NCBI GenBank assembly: GCA_049999805.1
Contig: JBNGIO010006141.1
Coordinates: forward strand, 151,057-215,056
From: Folioceros fuciformis
Lineage: Eukaryota
Length of the DNA: 64,000 nt
Direction of reading: 5' to 3'
Part shown: positions 26,096-37,642 of the stretch, one piece after another
How positions within the stretch are numbered: the stretch's first letter is position 1
How the letters are laid out: each line of letters begins with the position of its first letter
Position numbers and translations under genes: made by a program
The notes under the pieces: generated by a model
What the model saw: only the letters and a program-made list of their open reading frames with translations
What the model was told of the DNA's origin: nothing
The model's database searches: none

Positions 26096-26729
26096 CCTCC
26101 TCCTTTTCTTCTCTTCTGCTCGTCTTCCCGTCTCCTTTCCTTCCTCTGCTTCAGTTCGATGTGCACCAGCGCACGCCCATGGCGTTGCTCTTGGGAGGGA
26201 ATCAGGTGGGTGCGCCGCTGCAGCATCAGCCGCGGCTGCTGCTACAGCACCGGCTCCACTTTTGTGAGGCCGCCGGCCGACCGGCCACACCGGCCGGCTT
26301 GCCGTCGTCACGAAACAAAAAAAAACCATACCGTAAACCGGTCGTTGTTCTGTTAGACTTCAGGATCCACCGTTCACAATCATATTTACATACATATTCA
26401 CGAACGCGATTTGATACAAGAAAACAAAACAGGGGCTGTGTAGCCCGGTACCTAGGAATAAATACCGTTCCAACGAGAGGTGCAAGGCATGGAAGATACC
26501 TCTCAACCAAAGAGTAGTTGGAGACTTTATTATTACCGAACATCTCTAAGATTACAAGATGAAAAATCATCTACATTAAAAGAGGTGAGACTAACCGCTA
26601 AAGGTGAGTGGGCCAGCCAAGGGGGATAAGGTGTCCAACCTACAAAAGGGTGTGCTGTTGTGTTGAATCTTGGCGGATGCATTCTCCTCTCCTCTACTGC
26701 CAAGCACAGATATCCTCAAGAGACCACGC

Positions 26730-27110
26730 CAGCTATAGAAACTTGTGAGAAAGAGGTAGGGATGTTTGTAAGGTCCGTTACAGCCACGCAACAGAACCCT
26801 ATGAAAAAGAGATAGAGAAGTCCATAGGTTTTGTTGTGACCACGTCAACAACAAGAGAAACTTGTGAGAAAGAGATAGGGAAGTCTTGGAGTCTGTTACA
26901 AGCACAAGCACGTCAGCAACAGAAACAAGTGAAAAAGAGATAGGGCAGCATTAGGGTCTATTACCACCATGTCAACAATAGAAACCTACGAAAAAGAGAT
27001 AGGGAATATTCCGGTTCGTAACGACCATGTCAACAACGCAAACCTACGAAAAAAAGAAATAGGGAATTTTTTCCGGTTCGTTACATCCATGTCAACAACA
27101 TAAACCATAG
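26730..27110. repeat. Degenerate ~60-bp tandem repeat, 6-7 copies
   Basis: Recurring caacagaaacctacgaaaaagagatagggaa...gttacgaccatgt. Confidence 0.75.
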
Positions 27111-27533
27111 GTTCATGTTCTCTATGGAATAATATATTTTAATTTAGAAATTATATATATCCTCTATACCCCAAGGGGCGTATCGAGGGTCCATGTCGAC
27201 AGGGTCACACCCTTCCCCCTCCTAATTGTAGTAAAAGCCAAGAAGGGGCTACACCCTTCTCCCTCCCCTTCCCCCTCCTAATTGTAGTAAAAGCCAAGAA
27301 GGGGCTACACCCTTCTTCCTCGTAGCTGTAATAGCGTATTTTCTATGATTGAAAAAGAGATGAAAAGTCTCATTTACTCCAAAGATTAGAGGAACAACCC
27401 ATTAGGGCCAAAGGCAAAAAAAGGTATTCTCCTTGCGAATATCATTTTCAAAAACTATTTACTGCTCCCAAAATGTCATGATGTGGAATAACAAAAGGCC
27501 TAACTACCACCGGTGCCAAAGAAGTCGCTTGAC

Positions 27534-28675
27534 CTATGCTTGTTGTTGTTCTAAAACTGCATTGGTCAATGCTCGTCGCAAAGCAATGGATACACGTTGT
27601 CGAAAGAAGGTCACGACAGAAGAAAGAGGGAGAACACCATTCCTATTGCTCTGATAAACCTTGGCGCACTCGTTCATAAACCTTGAAAAGTCCTTGCCCA
27701 TAGTTCCATGAGTCTCAAGAGCAAGGGGGATGAAAGTATGCCCGTCTTGCAGGGGAGAATATTTATGGACTTTGGCACTTGCACAACCCTCTGCTGCCCA
27801 ACCAGGGGGGTTGATGATGACATGCTCATAAATCGAATCCCTTGTAAGATCCGTAACAACCACATCAGTAACACAAACCTGTTCTCCCCCAGTGAAGAAA
27901 AGGTCGACTCTAAGTGAAACCCCATAGCACAAAGTACATGGACCATCCCTACACGGAAGAAATCCACACTCCCTAGCCATTGAGAACATGACATCTCGAA
28001 CTGCATCATGAGTGGCAATGCGGTGCCCCCCAATGGGACAACATGCCAAATGGGACCCTGTATCGACAATGGCAACCCCACAACTGCATGTAGAGAGAGA
28101 AAAAGCCAAGGGGTGGGCCAAACCTAAGCGAAATCTCATCGCGGTGGCGAAAGTTGCTGGTGCGATTCGAAACGCCTAGATGCAAGGTCGAGCTAAAAGC
28201 CAAGAACGCGCTCCTTTACCTGAACAAGATCGAATACGAGCTTGAGAAGACCTAAGGATGGATGAGTTTGAAAGAAGGGCTCTTAATGCTTGGCCATATT
28301 GCTTTTCTAAGAGGGAGGCTTGGAGACCCTTCAACCCTTCTCTAGAAAAGGAGGTGAAAGGAGGTAGAGCTTCACGAGCCTCCAAAGCTAGAGAATTCCT
28401 CGCTTGCCTAAGAGATACCTGTAAAGGGAAAACGCCCTCCTCAACTCCTCAAATAAAAACCCGTAATAGAAGCTAATTGCACCTTAGTGGGTAGCATAGC
28501 TACACTCCTTTTGAAGGGCCTATCGTCTCTAGGTAGAAAACAACCAAGGTTGCACCCTAGTGATTAGCATACCTAGAATCCTTTTCGATACCCCGCCAGT
28601 CTATAGGTGATAACCAACCAAGGCGAGAAGCCATCTGGCGATGGCCTAAGACACCCTCTGAAGCATAGAAGACAA
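27534..28675 (-). mobile_element. 5'-truncated, frameshifted non-LTR retrotransposon with restriction-like endonuclease (CRE/R2-group)
   Basis: ARIRSCSGKGARSWLLARP; RLGL..CSCG..HLACC..GG.RIATHDAVRD (zinc knuckle and THD motif); RVD..DVVV; AKVHKY; FIPLALETHG; FFRQRVSIALRR. Confidence 0.85.
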
Positions 28676-28679
28676 GGTG

Positions 28680-28819
28680 TAGGGTTTAAACCCTAAACCT
28701 TGAAGACTTAAAACCTTAAACCCTAAACCTTGAAGAATTAAACCCTAAACCCTAAACCTTGAAGAACTAAGCCCTAAATGCTAAACCCTAAACCTTGAAG
28801 AACTAAACCCTAAACCCTT
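28680..28819. repeat. Compound telomere-derived satellite: (AAACCCT)n interleaved with TGAAGAACT
   Basis: About 4.5 higher-order units of 27-41 bp. It begins with the inverted junction TAGGGTTT|AAACCCTA. Confidence 0.85.
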
Positions 28820-29487
28820 ATTCGACCCCATAGAAAAAAAAGAAGAAGCCCATAAGCTCGGCAAACATCGTCATGAAAGTATTATGGGTAGTGTCGGAAT
28901 AGCATTGTCCTAAGTAATGCGCTTGAAATAATGCCAAATATTAAACACTGTAAAAAACAATAAAATTGCATATAAAATTAAATATTTCATATTGATATGC
29001 AACATGGATCATTGAAAAGAGGAAAAGCCATCTATGCCTAAAACAAAGAGAAATAACCCACCGCCATGAAAAGTTATAAAATGTAAAGGGAGGAGGTCCT
29101 ATAATCACGCCTCCAGAGATTATTAACAATGTGGAGGAAATATAGTAGTAATTCACAACTTGTTGTGATATCTTTATTGATTATCTTAAATAAAATAACT
29201 TAATCTCTTAGACAATTTTTTATTTACATCATATGGAGACTGAAATAAGTAAGGTGGTTCAAACTGTGGGTATAAGATTACGTCCAAAGAATCACGAAAC
29301 TGAACAAAATGTTTATAATTTTGGGTATGTTTAAAAAATAAATAGTTCTATAGCCATCAGGGAGCTCGCGGTGACCTCTGTGAGACTGCTTGTTACATAT
29401 GTATGTACGTATGTGCTACTGAAAGCGGAGAAGGTTTTCGAACCGCCGAACGTGAGGTTGAGTGAGTCCCTAATTCTTTGGTATACC

Positions 29488-31050
29488 ATGCTGCGGATCG
29501 TGAAGCCCAAGACGAAGCGAGGGGCTCGCGCCTTGGAGAAACGAGCTCCCAAAGCAGTAAGCCTGCTAGTCCCTTGCGAGGCTCATCTCGCCGGATTTGT
29601 GAACTTTGATGAGGGTCAGTCATGACTGTGGTGTGTGCATCGGCAGGTCGAAAATGTGAAGAAGTTGATGCTTCTGCATGGTACCAAGGTTAGCGGCACA
29701 GTGAAGGCGGTGATTTCCGACCTGTATCATCTCAAGAGGAGCGATGGGAACGCCATCAAGTTCTCCAAGGACAACGGTAACGTGCGGCCGTTTGAAGGAG
29801 GGGGTGAAGCCCCTCTCGAGCAGATGTCTCACAAGTCCGACTGCAGCTTGTTTTCGGTAAGCCCGGATGTTGGGAGACGTCGATGGTCATGTGGCCTCCT
29901 TGTTCTATCCGTCCACCTACTCATCGTGTCTGTCTGCTGTCGCTGCTGCAGTTTGGGTCTCACTCCAAGAAGCGGCCTGATAACCTAGTTCTCGGCCGCA
30001 TGTTTGACCACCACTTGTACGACATGATTGAGCTAGGGGTTGAGGACTTCAAGTCTATTGATTCGCTTGGCGGTGGCAGGAAAGCTGCTCCTCAAGCAGG
30101 GTCGAAACCTTGCTTCGTTTTTATTGGTCAAGCTTTTGAATCCCAACCACAGTTCCGGCAGCTCAAGGAGATTCTTATCGATTTCTTCCGGGGTGAGGTA
30201 CTGTTCTAGTCGTTGCTGGTTGAGTTACCTTATGCAGAAGGGCAATGAAGAGACTAATGTCACGCGTTTCATCCGACCATATGATAGTGACTTGTTTGTA
30301 TTATCCTCCAGGTTGTGGAGGTTATCAATCTCAGTGGTCTGGATCGAGTGTTTGTCTGTGTAGCAACTGCTAACAAGGTATCCTTACGCGCCCTGACTCA
30401 TCGTTGCCCCTTCCCGAGAGACTGACCTGACCTAACCTGTCCGTGTCCGGGAGTTTCTTATTACCGTCTGTTGGCGTTTGTGTCTCGGGCAGGTGCTTTT
30501 CAGACACTGTGCTATAATTCAGAAACGCTCTGACTCTGAAGTTCCGCCCATGGAATTGATAGAAGTTGGTCCATCATTCAACATGACTCTAAGGCGGAAT
30601 CGTGTAGCAAGTGATGATTTGAAGAAGGTGGCCATGAAGGCTGCTTCTAAGTTGGTCAAGAAGGTATATCTCTATCTCTACAGTGTGTTTGTAGGCGGCA
30701 GAGATATAGAACCAAGAGGCGTGATCTTAAACTGCCATTCTCGGTCTGTCCAGGTGAAGAACGTGAGTGCAGACCCGTTGGCTGGCAAGGTTGGACGCAT
30801 CTACATGCCAAAACAGGAGGTACGTTGTATTGTGGACAGCTGTGCTTGCTTTCAGAGCTCGCCCCATGAGGTAAGATCTCTTACGAATGCCCACAATTCG
30901 TTTATCCTGCAGGTGCATGGCATGGCCCTGGCGAAAATGAAGGGTCTGAAAAGAGAGCGCAGGCAAGCTGCAGCCGTCAAGAATTTATCTGTTGCATCAG
31001 GGGCCGAAAATACAGAGGGTGCTGCATCTAAGAAATCTCGAACCCGATAG
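29488..31050 (+). CDS. RPF2: Ribosome production factor 2 homolog (Brix domain)
   Basis: MLRIVKPKTKRGARALEKRAPKA|VENVKK..HGTK..PFEGGGE..KSDCSLF|FGSHSKKRPDNLVLGRMFDHHLYDMIELG..DFFRGE..ELIEVGPS..GRIYMPKQ..KMKGLKR. Confidence 0.95.
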
Positions 31051-31499
31051 CTAATCTGTATCCCTTCTTTTGTATTACCGTGGTGGTTCGTGGTTAAGAT
31101 CCTTCGAGAAATTTTGAAAAATTTGTGGCTAAGGCTGGGAGTTGCTGTAAACGTAAGCGGAATTAGAGTAGGACAATGCCGTGGCTACCACAGGAATGTT
31201 TTAGTACATCTTGCAGGACTTCATGATCTAGGAAACTACCTTAAAACTTCATAGTCAGAGAAGCAGGAAGATGTCTCTAGTTCCTGAGTCTGGCTGCATG
31301 ATCCCATGGACATTAATAGCATATGTCATACAGTTCGTATGCTTCTATCGAATTCAATCATGCATCTAGACATTGTGAAAGGGGAACAAGCTTCACCTCT
31401 GGCACATCTGTGATATACCCGCTGCCAATTCAATCGTCCATTATCAGATGTGCATTCCCCGGGTCACTCGTATGCTGGTTATTCCTTGATTCCTTTTCT

Positions 31500-32340
31500 G
31501 CTTGTTTGCATTGTGCTTGAGATCAACACTTGCTGCAGCATCAGTCTTGTCTTCGCTACTTCATGGAAAGCATGGCCTTCTACCTCCACATTAAACCATT
31601 TTCGACAAGCACCCAAGAGTCTTACGAGGGTGTGCCAAACAAACTGCAGCAGGCATTGTCGTGACCACAGCTTGTACCTCCTACAGTCGACCTTCACGAC
31701 CCAGGAGATCAACCATGCATGTGTAGTGATCCACCGTGGAAGTGGTGCCATGGTTTCTACTCATAGCTTCGATATACTGTCACCTCTTGCCATGTCCACT
31801 TGTCCTCGTACCTGTGAAGTTCGAGAGCTTCCTGCCCCTTGGCTCTCTCGGGATACCCTGCAATAATGCATTCCAGGTGCATTGTCCTGCAGAGACGAAG
31901 GGCTCTTGTAATCCTCTTCGCACACATCCTTGGCCTCTCGCAAGCTGGCATGATGAGAAGCAGCATACATCTGCAGTATATGGTTGCACAGGAACGAGTC
32001 CGACTCGTAACCCGCTTTCACAGCGAGAGCATGCACACGACGACCTGGGGGGTTGCAAATTCGGCTCCAATTCGGATGTTTCAAGCGCGAGTGCGTACAT
32101 GGGGAAGCATCCTGCGTTGCATGATGGTGCAACTCGTTGCGGTGGCCTTCCAATGCCGACAACGTATCTGGCGAACATGGATGCAGGACGCCAGAGGTAT
32201 ACATAATAATTCAGAAAAGAATCAGTTTCGTTGCTGCACCATCTGCATGCAAAGCGTTCTGGTCAACACACATCCTGGAGAGCCAGAAATCCGCCACCTA
32301 GCCTCCTGTCCGGTTGTCTGGACGACACATTGAAACACTC
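31500..32340 (-). pseudogene. Frameshifted PLS-PPR relic (E-type)
   Basis: Fragments in different frames: GRRVHALAVKAGYESDSFLCNHILQMYA, TWNALLQG, HYTCMVDLLGREG, VWHTL..LLGACRKWFNVEV. In-frame stops are present. Confidence 0.75.
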
Positions 32341-32384
32341 TGGATTGCAGACATTCAAGTGGGAATCATGTTCACTCCGCCTAC

Positions 32385-35300
32385 CTACTTACGATCCCCG
32401 CAGGAACAAGAGCCATCCACAAAATGGTGCACTCGATGTGCATCTCGTACAATGATCTGCCGGTTTTCGATCCTGGACATGACCTTCGTGCCGCTATGGC
32501 AGGCATCGCACATCCGCAAGTTTTTTGTCACTAGCAAAGGTGTGCCGTCTGGAGTGTTGAGGAGACCGTAGGCCAAAGCGAGTTTCTCAGCATGCCCGCA
32601 CAACGACAGCGAATCATCTCCTCGTGTGCCATCGGACATTTGCCCTTCCACGCTCTTCAGCTTGCAAGAAATATCATCCCCTTCTTGACCCACAACGAAC
32701 TCACGGATGTCGCCTCTCTTTACCTCAATCCAGGCCTTAGCAGGCTTCTTGCAAGCACCTGCACGCCTTCTTAGACTCTCTACCGTCTCTGCATCCCTCC
32801 ACCTACCAAGATCTGTATACATATTTGCCAACAGACTGTAGGCTGCCGCATGTTGGGCATCCACTCTAACCAGGTGGTCAAAGCATCGTCGTGCACGCTC
32901 TATATCACCATGGCTTTTGCAAGCACTCAGTAGTGATGTCCATCCCACTGTCTCATTCTGCAGTATCGCCCTACTGTGCAACATTTTCTCTGCCTCCTCC
33001 AGTCTCCCGCATCGACCAAGAAGATCCATCAGACACGCATAATGCTGAGCTCTAGGCACTATCCCATGATCTTCCAACATCCTTTTGAAGAGCTCTTCAG
33101 CCTCATCCATCAGGCCCTCGTGACTGCATGCCACCAGGAGAGAGACAAAGGTGGCATCGTTGGGCTGTACCCCTTGGTTTTGCATCTCTTCCAAGCACTG
33201 CATTGCCATCTGGCTCCCATTACATTGGGCATAGCAATTCAGAAGAGCATTCCATGTCACCACATCCTTCCTGGGAAGCTCATCAAACACGCGGCGAGCA
33301 TCCTCCACACATCCACATTTTGCATACATGTCCACCAGGCTGCTCCCCACAACAACGTCAGCTTCCAGCCCAAGCTCCTCTATCTGAGAATGAAGCTGCT
33401 TTCCGTGCCATATAGCTCCTATGTTGGCACAAGCCTTGAGGAGGAGGACCAGTGTAAAATCGTCTGCAATACACATGCCCTCCTCTTGCATCCTGACATA
33501 CAGCTTGAGTGCTTCCTGCCCAAGACCATGCTGGGCATACCCACCAATCATAGCCGTCCATGTAACCACATCTTTCATGGGCATGCGTTCAAACACTCTG
33601 GAAGCGTCCTCTGGACTCCCGCACTTTATATACATGTCTACCAGGCTGTTGCCTACCAGCAGATCATTCCCCAGTCCTCTTTCTGCGATCTGGGAATGAA
33701 GTTCTTGACCTCGACCTAAAGCTCCAATTGTGGCACAAGCTTTCAGAAGGCACACAAACGTTACGGCATCGGCCTGTATACTGTCATCGTGCTGCATTCT
33801 TTCATACAACACGAGGGCTTCGTCTCCAAGCCCATGCTGAGCATATGCTCCGATGATGGCATTCCATGTCACCACATCTCGCACCGGAAAACTGTCAAAC
33901 ACTTTGCGGGCACTCTCTAAGCTGCTACATTTTGCGTACATGTTCACCAGACTGCTGACCAAATCACCTTCCATACCCCTCTCCTGCACGCGGTGGTGAA
34001 TCTCTTTACCTTCATGTAAGGCACCAACGAGAGCACATGCTTTGAGAAGGAACACGAACATGGCACGGTTGGCCTGAGCCAAGTCCACCTCTTCCATGCT
34101 CGCATAAATCTGAAGGGCTTCTCGGCCGAGACCATGCTCAACATATCCTGAAATCAATGCAGTCCATGCCCCCCCGTGTCTTGTGGGCAACCTGTCAAAG
34201 AGAGTGCGAGCATCATCCAAGCTCCCACACTTCCCATACATGTCTACCAGGCTGCTGCAAACCACCATGTCAGCCTCCAGTCCTCTCTCTCGAATCTCAG
34301 CGTGGAGCTTCTTCCCTTCCTGCAAAGCCCTGATGCTGGCACACCCTTGGAGCAGACATGTGTAGGTCACGTGATTGGCTTCTACTCTTCCACCATCCTG
34401 TTGCATTTGTGCGTAGAGAAGAAGAGCTTCCTGAGGCAGCCCCTGCTGGACATATGATGCAAACATGGCATTCCAAGTGACCACACTTCTCGTGGGCAAT
34501 GCGTCGAAGACCCGACGAGCATCGCCTATGCTCCCGCACTTTCCATACATGTCCAGAAGGCTGGTGCCCACAACGACATCAGTATCCAGGCGTCTGTTCC
34601 GAATATCAGCATGGAGCTCCTTGCCTTCCTGCAAAGCGCCAATGCTTGCACATGCTTTCAGCAGGCAAACGAAAGTCACGCTGTCGACTGGTGTGAGGCC
34701 CTCCTGCCTCATACCTGCATACAGATCTAGGGCTTGCTGGCCCAACCCATGCTGGGCATACCCTGCGATCATGGCAGTCCACGTAACCACATCCTTGGTG
34801 GACAGCGTTTGAAACACTCTGTATGCATCCTGGAAGCTCCCACATTTTGCATACATGTCCACCAGGCTACTTCCAACGAACAAGTTGGGCTCGGTCCCAG
34901 CAGCCACAACATGGGCATGGACCTCCTTGCCTGATGCCAAGTCCCCTAAGCAGGCACACGCTCTGAGAGCTGCCACAACCATGTAGTTGTCGGCATTCAC
35001 GTTGGACAGCAGCCTCATCCGCCGGTACAACTGAATGACTTGAATGGGCTGTCCCCGTTCGGCATGTGCCAAGATGATGGAGGACCAGGAGGTGGTGTCG
35101 GGTGCAGGCAGACTGGTAAACACTTGCAAGGCCTCCTGCAACCTCCCATGAGCAGCGTACATGCGGATAAGGTGGTTGGCCAGGAATGTGTTGAATTCCA
35201 AACCCCTTTCAAGAGTAAGAGCGTGAACACGTCTGCCCACAACCAGATCTCGGCTTGCTGTGCATCCTTTGAGGAGGCGAGAAAAGAGGGAGGAGGGAAC

Positions 35301-35525
35301 GAAGGACTGCCGGTGCACCAGGATGTCCAAGGTTTGCACAGCATCCGCAAGCCGTCCCGACTCACACAGTTGGCCACAGGTTGCAATCTCCACAGGCCAA
35401 GGCCAAGGACCAGGCACAGGATGGTGATTAGGAACAGCTCCATTGCCGTCCACCAACACCAACCGCACCAAGGCTTCCCAGCTCCTGCTTGCCCTACTGC
35501 TGCCCACATGCCTTTTAAGGCTCAT
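32385..35525 (-). CDS. PLS-class PPR RNA-editing factor with DYW:KP-type deaminase domain (ends DRK), intronless
   Basis: Long P-L-S array, E1/E2, KKPAKAWIEV, HAEKLALAYG, KNLRMCDACH, HHFVDGSCSCGDRK. Confidence 0.95.
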   Translation of the reverse strand: MSLKRHVGSSRASRSWEALVRLVLVDGNGAVPNHHPVPGPWPWPVEIATCGQLCESGRLADAVQTLDILVHRQSFVPSSLFSRLLKGCTASRDLVVGRRVHALTLERGLEFNTFLANHLIRMYAAHGRLQEALQVFTSLPAPDTTSWSSIILAHAERGQPIQVIQLYRRMRLLSNVNADNYMVVAALRACACLGDLASGKEVHAHVVAAGTEPNLFVGSSLVDMYAKCGSFQDAYRVFQTLSTKDVVTWTAMIAGYAQHGLGQQALDLYAGMRQEGLTPVDSVTFVCLLKACASIGALQEGKELHADIRNRRLDTDVVVGTSLLDMYGKCGSIGDARRVFDALPTRSVVTWNAMFASYVQQGLPQEALLLYAQMQQDGGRVEANHVTYTCLLQGCASIRALQEGKKLHAEIRERGLEADMVVCSSLVDMYGKCGSLDDARTLFDRLPTRHGGAWTALISGYVEHGLGREALQIYASMEEVDLAQANRAMFVFLLKACALVGALHEGKEIHHRVQERGMEGDLVSSLVNMYAKCSSLESARKVFDSFPVRDVVTWNAIIGAYAQHGLGDEALVLYERMQHDDSIQADAVTFVCLLKACATIGALGRGQELHSQIAERGLGNDLLVGNSLVDMYIKCGSPEDASRVFERMPMKDVVTWTAMIGGYAQHGLGQEALKLYVRMQEEGMCIADDFTLVLLLKACANIGAIWHGKQLHSQIEELGLEADVVVGSSLVDMYAKCGCVEDARRVFDELPRKDVVTWNALLNCYAQCNGSQMAMQCLEEMQNQGVQPNDATFVSLLVACSHEGLMDEAEELFKRMLEDHGIVPRAQHYACLMDLLGRCGRLEEAEKMLHSRAILQNETVGWTSLLSACKSHGDIERARRCFDHLVRVDAQHAAAYSLLANMYTDLGRWRDAETVESLRRRAGACKKPAKAWIEVKRGDIREFVVGQEGDDISCKLKSVEGQMSDGTRGDDSLSLCGHAEKLALAYGLLNTPDGTPLLVTKNLRMCDACHSGTKVMSRIENRQIIVRDAHRVHHFVDGSCSCGDRK

Positions 35526-35548
35526 CGGCCTCGCCTGCAGCAGCCTCT

Positions 35549-37642
35549 ATGGCCGAGTTGTTGGTGTTGCCAGCGCTGGTTTCGGTCAAGCAGCAACGTC
35601 GAGCAGCACCAGAGCAACATTTGAGGTTATCTGTGCTCGGATATGGCAATAGCCGGCTGTACACGGAAGGGAGGCGGAATCAGCAGGAGAGGTGTCGAGC
35701 CAAAAGCTCCTGCACTTCCCACTTGACGCAACACGAGACGTTGTCCGCATCCAGCAGCCGGCCCAAGGTAGCCACACGACGGGTGCATCATGCAGGAGAT
35801 GGGGAGGATTCCATCCTGGCTAAGCTTTGTGCACAGGGTCAGCTGAAGAAGGCCGTGGAGGCCTTGGACCTTCTGGTGCAGCAGGGAGCATGTCAGGTCA
35901 GCGAGCAGCTCCTGTTTCGTGTCATCAAGATGTGCATGGCAGAGCAGAACCTTGGTCTGGGGATGCGGGTGCACGCTCTTGCATCCATCGGTGGGTACGA
36001 GAACAATTCATTCTTGGCCACCCACTTGGTTGCCATGTACTCTTGTCACGGTAAGCTGCAGCAGGCGGTCCAGGTCTTTTCCAAAGTGACTGCCCCGGAT
36101 GCCCATCTATGGGCCACCATGATATCGTCTCTTGCCCGACATGGGCAGCCCAAGCAGTCCTTGAGGCTGTATGCGCAGATGAGGAAGTATGGCACGAGGC
36201 CGGACAGCCATGTGTTCGTGGCAGTGCTCACGGCTTGTGCCGCAGCACAGGATGTGGTTGTGGGCAAGGAAGTGCATGGCCACATTCTTGCCTCAGCCAA
36301 GGGCACCATGAATAGCTTCGTCGGCAGCAGCCTGGTGAACATGTATGCAAAATGCGGGAGCTTGGAGGACGCCATCCTTGTGTTTGACAGGTTGGAGGCC
36401 AGGGATGTGGTGACCTGGAATGCCATGCTCGCAGGGTACATGCAGCAGGGCCTCGGCCTTCAAGCTCTGGCTCTGTATGCCAGGATGCGGCAGGAGCATG
36501 CCATGCCGGAGGCAGCCAACGCTGTGACCTTCGTCTGCGTCCTCCGAGCCTGTGGCAGCGTGGGAGCCCTGCAGCAAGGGAAGCAGCTCCATGCACACAT
36601 CCGGCAGAGGGGCCTGGAAGCCGATGCCACCATCGGCAGCTGCCTGGTGGACATGTATGCCAAATGTGGGAGCCTGAAGGATGCTCGCACCGTGTTCGAC
36701 AGACTCCCCTCTCGAGACGTGGTGACATGGAACGCCCTGCTCAACGCCTATGCTGAACATGGCAAGGGAGACCTGGCTGTGCAGTGTTTTGAGCACATGC
36801 GTGAGCAGGATGGCATCGTGCCCGACCTCACCACCTTCAGCTCTCTGCTGGTGGCATGCAGGCATGCCGGGCTGGTGCAGGAAGGAAAAGGCTACTTCGC
36901 CATGATGGTGGCGGAGCACGCTCTGTCTCCCACCGACTACCACTACAACTGCATGGTTCATCTATTGGGGCAGGCAGGCAGCCTGGATGAGGCCGAGGAC
37001 TTGCTGCACACCATCCCGTTCCAGGACGAGGTCATCGGCTGGACGTCTCTGCTGACGGCTTGCAAGACGCATGACGATGTAGAACGAGCAAGGCGATGCT
37101 ACGAGCGCCTTGTGGAGCTAGAACCTGACAACGCCACGCCCTATGTTCTGCTGGCCAACATGTACGCAGCAGCCGGCAGGTGGGAGGATGTGGGCGTGAT
37201 CGAAACCCAGAGGAAAGGTGCGGGCGCTTGGAAGAAGGCTGCAAAGGCTTGCATAGAAGTGAAGCAGGAGGTGCACGAGTTCAGTGTGGGGCAACACAGC
37301 TCTGACACCGTCGTGGCTTCCAAGCTCATGAGCGTGAACACGAGGTTGATGGAGGAGGGAGGGCATGTACCACGTACAGAGCTGGTGCTCAAGGCCGTGT
37401 CGGAGCAGCAGAAGGAAGATGCCTTGTGTGGGCATGCTGAGAAACTGGCCCTGGCTTTCGGCCTTCTCAACACTCCGGATGGCACCCCTCTCATAGTCAC
37501 CAAAAACCTTCGCATGTGCCAGGACTGTCACAGTGGCACAAAGATCATCTCCCATCTCGAGCGGCGCTCCATCATCGTTCGAGACATTCACCGAGTACAC
37601 CATTTCATGAATGGCAGTTGCTCGTGCGGGGATTGGCACTGA
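35549..37642 (+). CDS. PLS-class PPR with DYW:KP-type domain (KKAAKA variant, ends DWH)
   Basis: Transit-peptide-like N-terminus, PLS array, WKKAAKACIEV, HAEKLALAFG, MCQDCH, CSCGDWH. Confidence 0.95.
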   Translation: MAELLVLPALVSVKQQRRAAPEQHLRLSVLGYGNSRLYTEGRRNQQERCRAKSSCTSHLTQHETLSASSSRPKVATRRVHHAGDGEDSILAKLCAQGQLKKAVEALDLLVQQGACQVSEQLLFRVIKMCMAEQNLGLGMRVHALASIGGYENNSFLATHLVAMYSCHGKLQQAVQVFSKVTAPDAHLWATMISSLARHGQPKQSLRLYAQMRKYGTRPDSHVFVAVLTACAAAQDVVVGKEVHGHILASAKGTMNSFVGSSLVNMYAKCGSLEDAILVFDRLEARDVVTWNAMLAGYMQQGLGLQALALYARMRQEHAMPEAANAVTFVCVLRACGSVGALQQGKQLHAHIRQRGLEADATIGSCLVDMYAKCGSLKDARTVFDRLPSRDVVTWNALLNAYAEHGKGDLAVQCFEHMREQDGIVPDLTTFSSLLVACRHAGLVQEGKGYFAMMVAEHALSPTDYHYNCMVHLLGQAGSLDEAEDLLHTIPFQDEVIGWTSLLTACKTHDDVERARRCYERLVELEPDNATPYVLLANMYAAAGRWEDVGVIETQRKGAGAWKKAAKACIEVKQEVHEFSVGQHSSDTVVASKLMSVNTRLMEEGGHVPRTELVLKAVSEQQKEDALCGHAEKLALAFGLLNTPDGTPLIVTKNLRMCQDCHSGTKIISHLERRSIIVRDIHRVHHFMNGSCSCGDWH

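Noticed and set aside
27004-27011. P1BS (GAATATTC) upstream of LIN
   Set aside because: A single 8-mer inside a degenerate tandem repeat, which is expected by chance.
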